Made by a program: the position numbers and the translations under genes. 64,000 nucleotides of DNA from Pseudomonadota bacterium (GTDB lineage Bacteria > Myxococcota > JACRCW01 > JAFGSX01), in assembly GCA_043821645.1 (NCBI GenBank), contig JBDRCO010000002.1, positions 2,768 to 66,767 of the forward strand, given 5' to 3'. The first letter of the stretch is position 1. Each line of letters starts with the position of its first letter. The notes beneath the pieces were generated by a model. The model did no database searches and was not told the DNA's origin. It was given only the letters and a program-made list of their open reading frames with translations. Shown one piece after another: positions 36,302 to 47,622 of this stretch.

Positions 36302-37021
36302 TCAGCTCGCGGCGCTGGTCCATGCCGCTGCACGCAGCAGCATCTTGACCGTGTCGTGGGCGTCGGAGCCATAGGCCTGCAAGAAGCGCTCGACCAGCTT
36401 GAGGCGCTCGTCGCTATGCTCGGCCTCGCGCAGGTTCCCCAGCAAGGTCAGGGTCGGTCCGGTCCCCACACTGTGGCCACACTTGCTGGCGACCTTCATG
36501 GCCGAGGCCGGGCTCAGCCGCGCCAGGCGACGCAGCCAGCGATCTTCGAGCTCGGGCTCGGGGCGCTGCTTCTTCTTGGGTTTCTTGGCCTGGTCTTCCT
36601 TGTTGAGCTCGACCGGGCGCCACCCACCCCCCTTAGCGTGCATGGCCATGCCGACCCGCGCCCGCGCCAGGCGCGCCCGGGCGTCGCGCGCCACCGAGTT
36701 CTCCTCGACCTCGTCGTCACGCAGGGGCAGCATGTGCCGCCCCCGCGATGCGCCGTAGGGGTTGTGCTCGGGATCCTGGGCGGAGATGCCACGGTTGAGC
36801 ACGTCGGGGGACGGCAGCACGATCTCGACACCGCTGGCCGGCTTGGCACCCGGAGCCGCGCGGTTGGCCTCGGCCAGCACGCGGCCCAGCATGGCGTCGC
36901 CGTAGTGCTTCATGGCGATGGACGACCAGGTGTCGCCCTGGCGCACGCGGTAGGGCTCGCCCTCGATGCGAGGGGCCCCTCGTCCTGAACCGCGTGCGAT
37001 CGCCATCTCGTGCTCCACCAT
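36302..37021 (-). CDS. LysM domain protein
   Basis: LysM motif [19 protein letters not shown]....ANR. Start at MVEHEMAIA. Lys/Arg-rich middle region. Confidence 0.55.
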   Translation of the reverse strand: MVEHEMAIARGSGRGAPRIEGEPYRVRQGDTWSSIAMKHYGDAMLGRVLAEANRAAPGAKPASGVEIVLPSPDVLNRGISAQDPEHNPYGASRGRHMLPLRDDEVEENSVARDARARLARARVGMAMHAKGGGWRPVELNKEDQAKKPKKKQRPEPELEDRWLRRLARLSPASAMKVASKCGHSVGTGPTLTLLGNLREAEHSDERLKLVERFLQAYGSDAHDTVKMLLRAAAWTSAAS

Positions 37022-37167
37022 CGTCGCTGCCTGGCACTCTAGCTCAGTTTTCCCACCAGGTCGTGCCAGGGTCGTCGGCAACAGCCGCCGTGGCCTCGCT
37101 TGACCCCCCTCACCCCGGCGTCGTAGAAAGAGCGCCATCGTGCCGGTCTCCCGGCAACGAGGTCAGC

Positions 37168-37998
37168 ATGGACGACGGTGAACCTCCCACGCGCGCCCGC
37201 CGCTCCCGCCTCAGCTACCAGCGCGTGCTGCTCAAGCTCTCCGGTGAAGCCCTGCAAGGCGAGCAGGGCCACGGCGTCAGCCCCGCGGTGCTGGCCCAGA
37301 TCGCCGACGAGATCCGCTCGGTGCATGCCCTGGGCGTGCAACTTGGCGTGGTCATCGGTGGTGGCAACATCTTCAGGGGACTCAAGGCCAGCGCCGCCGG
37401 CATGAACCGCGCCAGCGCTGACTACATGGGCATGCTGGCCACGGTGATGAACTGCCTGGCGCTGCAGGATGCCCTGGAGCGCGCCGGCGTGCCCACGCGC
37501 GTGCTCAGCGCCATCGCCATGAACGAGGTGGCCGAGCCCTTCATCCAGCGTCGCGCCGTGCGCCACCTCGAGAAGGGGCGCGTGGTGCTGTTCGGCGCCG
37601 GCACCGGCAATCCCTACGTCACCACCGATACCGCCGCAGCCCTGCGCGCCCTCGAGATCGGCGCCCAGGTCGTGCTCAAGGCCACCAAGGTTGACGGCGT
37701 GTACTCGGCCGATCCGGAGCACAACCCCGACGCCACCTTTTACCCGCAGCTGAGCTATCTCGACGTGCTCAGCGAGGGACTCAAGGTCATGGACGCCACG
37801 GCGGTGTCGCTGTGCATGGACAACGCCCTGCCTCTCATCGTGTTCAACATGCAGCGCAGCGGCAATATCCAGCGCGCGGTCGCCGGCAAGCGCGTGGGTT
37901 CGCTGATCACCGCAGCGCCCCCGGCCCCCTCGACACCACCACGAACGCGGAGCCGCCGCGCAGCCTCGACCCCAGGGCGCACGGCCCGCCAACGCTGA
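37168..37998 (+). CDS. pyrH: UMP kinase
   Basis: [10 protein letters not shown]...[12 protein letters not shown] and [22 protein letters not shown]. Start at MDDGEPP. Has a C-terminal Pro/Arg-rich extension. Confidence 0.9.
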   Translation: MDDGEPPTRARRSRLSYQRVLLKLSGEALQGEQGHGVSPAVLAQIADEIRSVHALGVQLGVVIGGGNIFRGLKASAAGMNRASADYMGMLATVMNCLALQDALERAGVPTRVLSAIAMNEVAEPFIQRRAVRHLEKGRVVLFGAGTGNPYVTTDTAAALRALEIGAQVVLKATKVDGVYSADPEHNPDATFYPQLSYLDVLSEGLKVMDATAVSLCMDNALPLIVFNMQRSGNIQRAVAGKRVGSLITAAPPAPSTPPRTRSRRAASTPGRTARQR

Positions 37999-38052
37999 GG
38001 ACCACGCACCCTCGGGCCCCGCCCCAGGACCTCGCGGCCAAGGAGAGCACAG

Positions 38053-38610
38053 ATGATCGACGATGTGATTTCGAGCTGCACCGACGAGATGAACGACGCC
38101 ATCGATTCTTACAAGCGCGCCCTCGGCAAGATCCGGACCGGCCGCGCCAACCTGTCCGTCCTCGACAGCGTGCGCGTGGACTACTACGGCACCCCCACGC
38201 CGCTCAACCAGGTTGCGGCCCTGGCGGTCCCGGACCCGCGGCTCATCACCATCAAGCCGTGGGAAAAGAACATGATCGCCGAGATCGAGAAGACCATTCG
38301 CAACTCGGACCTCGGCATGCAGCCGCAGTCCGATGGCGAGATCGTGCGCCTGCCCATCCCACCCCTGACCGAGGAGCGGCGCCGCGACCTGGTCAAGGGC
38401 GCCAAGACCAAGGCCGAGGACGCCAAGGTCGCCATCCGCAATGCGCGGCGGGACGCCAACGACATGATCAAGGATCTGCAAAAGGACGGCGAGATCCCCG
38501 AGGACGATGCCAAGAAGGCGACCAAGAGGATCCAGGACGAGACCGACGCCTACATCAAGAAGGTCGACGAGGTCCTGGCGACCAAGGAAAAAGAGATCCT
38601 GGAGTTTTAG
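38053..38610 (+). CDS. frr: Ribosome recycling factor
   Basis: Full-length RRF (185 aa) in the conserved pyrH-frr order. Confidence 0.95.
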   Translation: MIDDVISSCTDEMNDAIDSYKRALGKIRTGRANLSVLDSVRVDYYGTPTPLNQVAALAVPDPRLITIKPWEKNMIAEIEKTIRNSDLGMQPQSDGEIVRLPIPPLTEERRRDLVKGAKTKAEDAKVAIRNARRDANDMIKDLQKDGEIPEDDAKKATKRIQDETDAYIKKVDEVLATKEKEILEF

Positions 38611-38624
38611 GGTTTCTGTTTTCA

Positions 38625-38646
38625 GGGGGCGTTCGGCACGCCCCCT
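38625..38646. terminator. GC hairpin GGGGGCG-ttcggca-CGCCCCC between convergent frr and ileS
   Basis: 7-bp GC stem read directly from the sequence. No strong T-tract. Confidence 0.45.
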
Positions 38647-38726
38647 CTGCCGACGGAGTGAATCCGTCGTCATTCAACCCTGGCAGCGACTCTGGTTCAC
38701 GTATCAAAGAGGTCTTCGGTCGCGGA

Positions 38727-41522
38727 TCAACCCAGCGCAGCGTCGCAGCGCGGGCACACATCGGGGTGCCGGCCCTTGCCGACGTCGGGGCTCCAGGTCC
38801 AGCAGCGGGCGCACTTCTGACCCTGAGCCGTGATCACCATGGCGCCGAAGTCGCCGAGCTGGGGCGCGTCGCTGAAGCCCTCGTGTGCCTGCCCATCGAT
38901 CATCTCGATCTGGGACACCCCGAAGAAGGCTGGCAGGTCCTCGAAGCTCTGCAGGAAATCACGCACCTCGAAGGAGCCGCGAACCAGAACCCTGGCCTCG
39001 AGGGGATGGTGCTTCTGAGCCCGGAAGGGCTCGAGCAAACCGAGCACGTGGTCCCGGAACTGGCGCAGCCGATCAAAACGGTCCCTCGAACCGTCCTGGT
39101 CGAAAGCAAGGTAAGGCGCGGCCTCGGGCAGCGCTTCGAGGTGCACCGAAGACTGGCGCGTGCCGTCGTTCGCCAGGTGGTCGTGGGCCTCCTCGGCGGT
39201 GAAGCTGAGCACGGGCGCGACCAGGGCCAGGAAGTCCTTGCAGATCCGATACAGGGCGGTCTGAGCGCTGCGCCGACGCACGGCATCCACCGGGTCGCAG
39301 TACAGCCAGTCCTTGAGCAGGTCGAAGTAAAAGGCCGACAGGTCGACGATGGCGAACTCGACCACCCGCTGGTACACGACGTGGAAGTCGTAGCTCTCGT
39401 AGGCCCGGCGCACCTGCTCCACCAGTCGCCCGAAGCGCGCCAGCATGTACCGATCCACCTCGCGCAGGTCACCGTCGGCGACGGCGTGCGCGCGCGGATC
39501 GAAGTCGCTGAGGTTGCCCAGCATGAAGCGCACGGTGTTGCGCACCTTGCGGTAGGCCTCGACCAGGCGGGTGAGGATCTCGTCAGAGAAATGCAGGTCA
39601 CCGCCAAAGTCAGTGGCGCAGACCCAGAGCCTGAAGACCTCGGCACCGTACTTCTTGATCACCTTGTCCGGGCTCGAGTAGTTGGGTGAGGACTTGCTGT
39701 ACTTGCGACCCTGGCCGTCGACGACGAAGCCATGGGTGAGCACGGTCTTGTAGGGTGGTGCACCCCGGGTACCCACCGCCGCCAACAAGGACGAGTGAAA
39801 CCAGCCACGGTGCTGGTCGCTGCCTTCGAGATAGAGATCCACGGGCAAGCTGTAGCCCGCGCGTTGTTCGCACACCGCGGCGTAGGACACCCCGGACTCG
39901 AACCAGACATCGACGATGTCGCTTTCCTTGCGGAACGCGTTGCCACCGCAGCTCGGGCAGACGTAGCCCGGAGGCAGCAGCGCGCTGGCCTCGCGCGCGT
40001 ACCAGGCGTCGGCGCCCTCGTCGGCAAAAAGGTCCGCCACCCGCTCGCACAGCTCACGCTCCAGGATCGCGGTGTCGCAGCTCTCGCAGTAGAAGGCCGG
40101 TATCGGTACGCCCCAGCTGCGCTGCCTGCTCAGGCACCAGTCGGGGCGGGCGCTGAGCATGCCGTGGATGCGCTCGCGGCCCCAGCTCGGGATCCAGGTC
40201 ACGTCGTCCACAGCCTCGAGGGCGCGGGCGCGCAGGTTGTGCTCACTCATCGAGACGAACCACTGTGCGGTGGCGCGGAAGATCACGGGCTTCTTGCAGC
40301 GCCAGCAGTGGGCGTAGTCGTGCTCCACGGTCAGGTTGCGGGGCGACAGCAGCCGCCCCTTCTCGACCAGCAGGTCAAGGATGGGTGCGTTGGCGTCGAA
40401 CACGTGCACACCGGGCTGCACGCCTGCCTCGTCGGTGAAGCGTCCACCTGCATCCACCGGCGACACGATGGGCAGGCCGTGCCGGCTGCCCAGGTTGAAG
40501 TCGTCGGGGCCGTGGCCGGGCGCTGTGTGCACCAGACCTGTGCCGGACTCGGCGCGCACATAGTCGGCGGGCAGCAGTGGGCTGCGCACGGCGTCCAAAA
40601 ATGGATGCGCGCACACCATCTGGCGCAGGACCTCGGTAGGCACCGGAAGCGCCTTGGTGTCGTCGAGCTCGACGCCACACTCGCGGGCCACGGCCTCGCG
40701 CAGATCCACCGCCACGATGAGGTAGGCGCCGTCGTGGGGGTAGGCCTTGTAGAGCATGTGCGGGCCGTAGGCGATGGCACGGTTGGCCGGCAGGGTCCAC
40801 GGCGTGGTGGTCCAGATCAGAACCTGCACCGGCTTGCCGCCGGTGGCGACGGCCTGGGCGCCCTCGACCACGTCGAAGCGCACGTAGATCGACGGCGAGC
40901 GGTGGCTCCCGTACTCGACCTCGGCCTCGGCGAGGGCGGTGCGGCAGGACCAGCACCAGTGCACGGGCTTGGTCCCCTTGTACAGGCCCTGGCCAACGAA
41001 GCGGGCGAGCTCACGCACGATCTGCGCCTCGTAGGGCTTCTGCAGGGTCAGGTAGGGATGATCCCAGTCGGCGAGGACGCCCAGGCGCTCGAACTCGGCC
41101 CGCTGCACGTCGACAAAACGCTGGGCGTAGGTGCTGCAAGCGGCGCGCACCTCGAGGACCGACATGTCCTTCTTCTTGGGGCCCAGCTCCTTGTCGACCT
41201 GGTGCTCGATGGGAAGCCCATGGCAGTCCCAGCCCGGAATGAATTCCGAGCAATGGCCCGACATGTTGTGCACCTTGACCACGATGTCCTTGAGGACCTT
41301 GTTCAGGATGTGGCCGTGGTGGATGTGCCCGTTGGCATAGGGCGGTCCGTCGTGAAGCACGAAGGGGGGACGCTCGCGGTTTCTCTCGACGATGCGGTGG
41401 TACAGGTCATCGCGCTTCCAGCGCTCCAGCATCACCGGCTCACGCTCGGCGAGGTTGGCCTTCATGGGGAAGTCGGTCTTGGGTAGCGCGATGGTGCTCT
41501 TGTAGTCGATCTGGTCGCCCAT
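38727..41522 (-). CDS. ileS: Isoleucine--tRNA ligase
   Basis: Class I signature PYANGHIHHGH (HIGH), KYSKS-type loop, Zn-binding C-terminus. 931 aa. Confidence 0.95.
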   Translation of the reverse strand: MGDQIDYKSTIALPKTDFPMKANLAEREPVMLERWKRDDLYHRIVERNRERPPFVLHDGPPYANGHIHHGHILNKVLKDIVVKVHNMSGHCSEFIPGWDCHGLPIEHQVDKELGPKKKDMSVLEVRAACSTYAQRFVDVQRAEFERLGVLADWDHPYLTLQKPYEAQIVRELARFVGQGLYKGTKPVHWCWSCRTALAEAEVEYGSHRSPSIYVRFDVVEGAQAVATGGKPVQVLIWTTTPWTLPANRAIAYGPHMLYKAYPHDGAYLIVAVDLREAVARECGVELDDTKALPVPTEVLRQMVCAHPFLDAVRSPLLPADYVRAESGTGLVHTAPGHGPDDFNLGSRHGLPIVSPVDAGGRFTDEAGVQPGVHVFDANAPILDLLVEKGRLLSPRNLTVEHDYAHCWRCKKPVIFRATAQWFVSMSEHNLRARALEAVDDVTWIPSWGRERIHGMLSARPDWCLSRQRSWGVPIPAFYCESCDTAILERELCERVADLFADEGADAWYAREASALLPPGYVCPSCGGNAFRKESDIVDVWFESGVSYAAVCEQRAGYSLPVDLYLEGSDQHRGWFHSSLLAAVGTRGAPPYKTVLTHGFVVDGQGRKYSKSSPNYSSPDKVIKKYGAEVFRLWVCATDFGGDLHFSDEILTRLVEAYRKVRNTVRFMLGNLSDFDPRAHAVADGDLREVDRYMLARFGRLVEQVRRAYESYDFHVVYQRVVEFAIVDLSAFYFDLLKDWLYCDPVDAVRRRSAQTALYRICKDFLALVAPVLSFTAEEAHDHLANDGTRQSSVHLEALPEAAPYLAFDQDGSRDRFDRLRQFRDHVLGLLEPFRAQKHHPLEARVLVRGSFEVRDFLQSFEDLPAFFGVSQIEMIDGQAHEGFSDAPQLGDFGAMVITAQGQKCARCWTWSPDVGKGRHPDVCPRCDAALG

Positions 41523-41667
41523 GGGGGGCCTCGTGACGTGCTTCTCGTCGGTGGCACGATGTAGCGCGAACCATAGGGGCCGGGTCCTGGAGCGTCAAGG
41601 AGGTCGCCACGGTTCCGTGGTCGAGGGCCCGACGCGGTGGCCACAGCAGCAGGGCGCTCGGAGCTGA

Positions 41668-42885
41668 CTACTTGTGGAACGCGTCCCGGACAAAGCGGGC
41701 GATGCCGCTGTAGGACAGTCCCATGGCAAAGAACAGGGCCACGAACCAGCCGAAGCGAATGTCGAAGCGCTTGGTGTCGACGAGATAGATACCCAGGGCC
41801 ACCACCACCAGGTAGGCCACGGCCCCGACGCCGGTGAAGATCTGTAGCAGGTTGAGGCGACGCACCGCCGCAGGGTCGCCCCGCGCCGTCTCGGATCCCG
41901 GATCCTCTTCCCCGTCCAGCAGACCCTCCGCGGCATGGGCTCGCAGGCGCTGGCGAAGGATCACCAGAGCCACCGTGGCGGCGGCGAGCAACCACACCGG
42001 GCCAGCACCCACCAGGATTCCCATCTGGGTCCCTGTCCAGGGCAGCATGGTGCAGATCACCAGGGCCACCGTCGAGAACAGGGTCAACTTGTCGGCCAGG
42101 TCGATGTCGTGGCCGAAACGCAACCCACCCTCGAGCGCATCCTCGAGCTCGCTCGCCACCAGCGCCACGGTGCGCGGAGCTGGCCCGGCCAGCGGGACTC
42201 CGTCGAGAGAATCGTCGCCCGCGACAGGGAGCGCCCTGTCCTCGAATCTGTCCTCGCCGCGCCGGGGCGCACGCTCACGGTCCATGCGGTCATCGCGCTC
42301 GACACCGGCCGGGAACTCGGGCTCGGCGGGCAGCGCGGGCTCGCGCGGCGACGAGATCTTGCGCTCCAGTCTGTCCGCACCCAGGTCCCGCGTCACCGGT
42401 GCTGGCCTCTCGACCCGATCAAGGCCCCGGCGTGCGGGCCGGACCGCGACGTCATCGGCGTCCATGCGATCCGCCCCGAGGTCGCGTGCGGCCTGCGCCT
42501 GTCGCTCGACGCGGTCGGTGGAGGCTGCCGAGAAGGCCGGGGAACCGCGCCCGGGCTCGCCGGGATCCACCATCGGATCGTCTTTGGCCTCGAGCCTGGC
42601 CTTCTCGTCACGGCGGCGCTGTGTCCCGGCGCCGTACTTGCGCTCGAAGGTTCGCTTGGGTGGGTCCTGTCGGGCGTTGGCCTTGCGCGCCTGCGGCCCC
42701 ACTCCCTGGCGACCCCGCGCTGAATCCAGTTGCTGAAGCATGGAACTCTCGACCACGGTGTCACTGCGCGACGTGACGGGATCGTCGTCGAGACGGATAC
42801 GGCACTGCGGGCACACCCGGGCCCCGCTGGGCACCGCCGCGCCACACTCTGGACAGACCGCCGGACGGGTATCGCTGCTCGACAT
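41668..42885 (-). CDS. Membrane protein with an N-terminal zinc-ribbon and internal RDLGADR repeats
   Basis: N-terminal CPECGAAVPSGARVCPQC (two CxxC pairs). A repetitive Arg/Asp region (ARDLGADRMD / TRDLGADRLE). C-terminal TM helices. Confidence 0.6.
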   Translation of the reverse strand: MSSSDTRPAVCPECGAAVPSGARVCPQCRIRLDDDPVTSRSDTVVESSMLQQLDSARGRQGVGPQARKANARQDPPKRTFERKYGAGTQRRRDEKARLEAKDDPMVDPGEPGRGSPAFSAASTDRVERQAQAARDLGADRMDADDVAVRPARRGLDRVERPAPVTRDLGADRLERKISSPREPALPAEPEFPAGVERDDRMDRERAPRRGEDRFEDRALPVAGDDSLDGVPLAGPAPRTVALVASELEDALEGGLRFGHDIDLADKLTLFSTVALVICTMLPWTGTQMGILVGAGPVWLLAAATVALVILRQRLRAHAAEGLLDGEEDPGSETARGDPAAVRRLNLLQIFTGVGAVAYLVVVALGIYLVDTKRFDIRFGWFVALFFAMGLSYSGIARFVRDAFHK

Positions 42886-42899
42886 GTGCTCCGCTGCGC

Positions 42900-43286
42900 G
42901 GTGGCTTCGTCGACGGAGGTCGCCGCCGCGCCCAGGGTTCTTCGTCGACGGTAGCGGGCACCGCCTGGCGCGTCAAGCTGACGGTCCGCCGCGGCGCACC
43001 AAGGCCCTCGGTCCCTGCCTGGCCCCGGGGGGCGCCCGACCGCCTTTTTACAGAATGTGCCTGTGCTGGCAGGGGTGAATGCCGTCGAATGCTGCTCTTC
43101 TCGAGGGGCTGTCGGGCAGCCCCTCTGTCGGCCGGCACTGGTCCGGCCGCCATTCACCCAACCAGCACGTCGGCAGAGGGGGGCGCCCCGACCGCCCCTC
43201 AAGAGATGTGTCTGTGCTGGCAGGGGTGAATGCCGTCGAATTCACTTCGACGGCAGAGGGGGGCGCCCGACGCCCCCCTAGAAGAA
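42900..43286. repeat. Three tandem copies of a roughly 147-bp palindrome-rich intergenic element (REP-like)
   Basis: The 40-bp block aATGTGyCTGTGCTGGCAGGGGTGAATGCCGTCGAAT recurs at about 43050 and 43197. Each unit ends in a GC hairpin (GAGGGGCTG-tcggg-CAGCCCCTC; AGGGGGGCG-cccga-CGCCCCCCT) and the string ggcagaggggggcgccCGAC. The last unit carries the palindrome CCGTCGAATTCACTTCGACGG. The array lies between the gyrB stop and the Zn-ribbon gene start. Confidence 0.6.
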
Positions 43287-45806
<2,520 letters not shown>

Positions 45807-46038
45807 TCATCGCCGACGAACTCGCGATGTCACGACCACATTTCCGTCGCCACCGACGCCTGCGGACCGGTTGTTTCGGCTGCGAATGCTCGAGCCCGGC
45901 ACGGCTGCGCCACGGTGAAAAACTCTGCCTTTGATGTAGCACGCGGGAGATCCCGCGACAAGCCGGATTTGTCTTTTATCTACAATGGTTTAACTAAACT
46001 CGAAGGGCTCTGCGTGGAGCAGATTCGGGGCTTCTTGG

Positions 46039-46773
46039 TCAGCGTCCACGGCGGCCACGACCACCGCCCCCGGGGCCGCCGCCGCCCTGGTCCAGACCGC
46101 GCACATATTCCATGAAGGAGGCCTTGTCTTCCATGACCTGGGAGTAGCGGTCGCGGCTCATACCGCGGCGGTTGCGGTCCCGATCCCCTCGGTCGTCACG
46201 ACGAGCGTCGTGCCGATCGCCAGGTCGATCACGCCCCTGTGTTTCCCGCGGTCTCCCCTCGTTGCGGCGCTCGGCCAGCCCCTGGGCCAGCAACTCGCTG
46301 GTCAGTTGCTCGACGCTGCAGCGCTCTCGCCGGGCCAGGTGAACCAGGTCGCGATGCAGACCTTTGGACACGCGCAGTTCGAGCTGGCCACTGAAGTCCT
46401 GGGGCCTGTCGAGGTCAAAGGGACGCGGCAGCGCCTCGCCGCGCACCGCGTAAGCACCCACGCGATCCTCGAGGGCCGCCTCGCCGGCCTGCAGCGCCTG
46501 GGCCCGGGTCTCGGCCCACACCTGGAGGTTGCCCAGCTCGTCACAGCGCACGCCATACTGGCCCTTGGCGATGTCCCAGTACACGCTGAGCCGAAACGCC
46601 ACGTCATAGGGCACGTCGACGGCGGGCGCGCGCGCCTGCACCGGAGGAGCCGCCTCGTCGTCGTCATCGACGGTGGCCTCACCCTTCGCCGCGAGTGCGG
46701 TCTCTTTGTCGTCGTCGCTCGGGGTCGGGGCAGCGTCCTGGGGCTCGACCGGGTCCTGGATGTCGTCGCTCAT
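46039..46773 (-). CDS. HicB-family (UPF0150 fold plus RHH) antitoxin-like protein with acidic N-terminal and Arg/Asp/Gly-rich C-terminal low-complexity extensions; no hicA partner
   Basis: YDVAFRLSVYWDIAKGQYGVRCDELGNLQVWAETRAQALQAGEAALE fits the HicB N-domain. ELRVSKGLHRDLVHLARRERCSVEQLTSELLAQGL fits the HicB C-terminal RHH. The start overlaps the upstream HEAT-protein stop (ATGA). Confidence 0.5.
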   Translation of the reverse strand: MSDDIQDPVEPQDAAPTPSDDDKETALAAKGEATVDDDDEAAPPVQARAPAVDVPYDVAFRLSVYWDIAKGQYGVRCDELGNLQVWAETRAQALQAGEAALEDRVGAYAVRGEALPRPFDLDRPQDFSGQLELRVSKGLHRDLVHLARRERCSVEQLTSELLAQGLAERRNEGRPRETQGRDRPGDRHDARRDDRGDRDRNRRGMSRDRYSQVMEDKASFMEYVRGLDQGGGGPGGGGRGRRGR

Positions 46774-47534
46774 GCGTCGCTCCGGGCGGGCCGATTGCGA
46801 ACCAGCGTACGCCCCTCGATGGAATAGTCCTCGGCCACCGCGTCGGGCAGTGACGGCAGATCCTCGTCGGAAGAAAGGTCCAGGCTCACCACGGCCTCGG
46901 CAGCCCGCCGTTGTATGCGAGCGCTCATGCCTTCGTCGTAGACCAGCGCGAACAGGGGGCCCGCCACGTCGTGGCGCCGCCAGTCCTGCAGCACCTCGAT
47001 GCTCTTGTGGATGACGTCATCGGAGTGGTCCCGGAGATAGGGCAAGATGATCTGCACCAGCGCGTCCGTGGCCGGACGGTGGCCCAGGTGGTCAATGATC
47101 TCCATCTTGCCGCGACTCGAGCGGTGGTCCTCGGGCTTGCGCCCCTGCAAAGCCTCGAGCAGGAAAGCGGTGAGGTCCTCGTCAGACAGGATGCGCGCCA
47201 GAGCTCGGATGGGATAATTGACGTGTTCCTCGTCGCGCACGTACTTCTGGAGCGACGGCACCGCGGTCTGCCCGAGCTCGACGAAGGTGTCGACCAGCCA
47301 CTTCTTCTCTTCCTCGTCCCAGTACGCGCTGTTGCACACCACGCCGAAGCGCTTGCACAGGGCGCCCAGCGACTCGGGGGTGGCCATCTTGAGCAGGCCG
47401 TCCATGGCGTCGCGGCGGTACTCGGGCTGGGCGTAGACCTGCTTCACCTTCTTGAGGTGGCGCTCGATCTGCTCCTCAGGCGTGCCGCCTATGCCCAGAA
47501 ATCCCAGCAGTCCCATGGCGGGCTGTATACCCAC
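46770..47534 (-). CDS. HEAT-repeat protein
   Basis: Repeated alpha-helical HEAT-like units (ALGALCKRFG..., AVPSLQKYVRDEEHVNYPIRALARIL, ATDALVQIILPYLRDHSDDVIHKSIEVL). Confidence 0.55.
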   Translation of the reverse strand: MGIQPAMGLLGFLGIGGTPEEQIERHLKKVKQVYAQPEYRRDAMDGLLKMATPESLGALCKRFGVVCNSAYWDEEEKKWLVDTFVELGQTAVPSLQKYVRDEEHVNYPIRALARILSDEDLTAFLLEALQGRKPEDHRSSRGKMEIIDHLGHRPATDALVQIILPYLRDHSDDVIHKSIEVLQDWRRHDVAGPLFALVYDEGMSARIQRRAAEAVVSLDLSSDEDLPSLPDAVAEDYSIEGRTLVRNRPARSDA

Positions 47535-47622
47535 GCCCGCCCTGGGGCGTCAACGTGGTTGTGAGAGCTCCTGACGCGGTCGCAGCTTGCTCGGGACCGG
47601 TGCCTCCTTTACAAGGCCAGCC

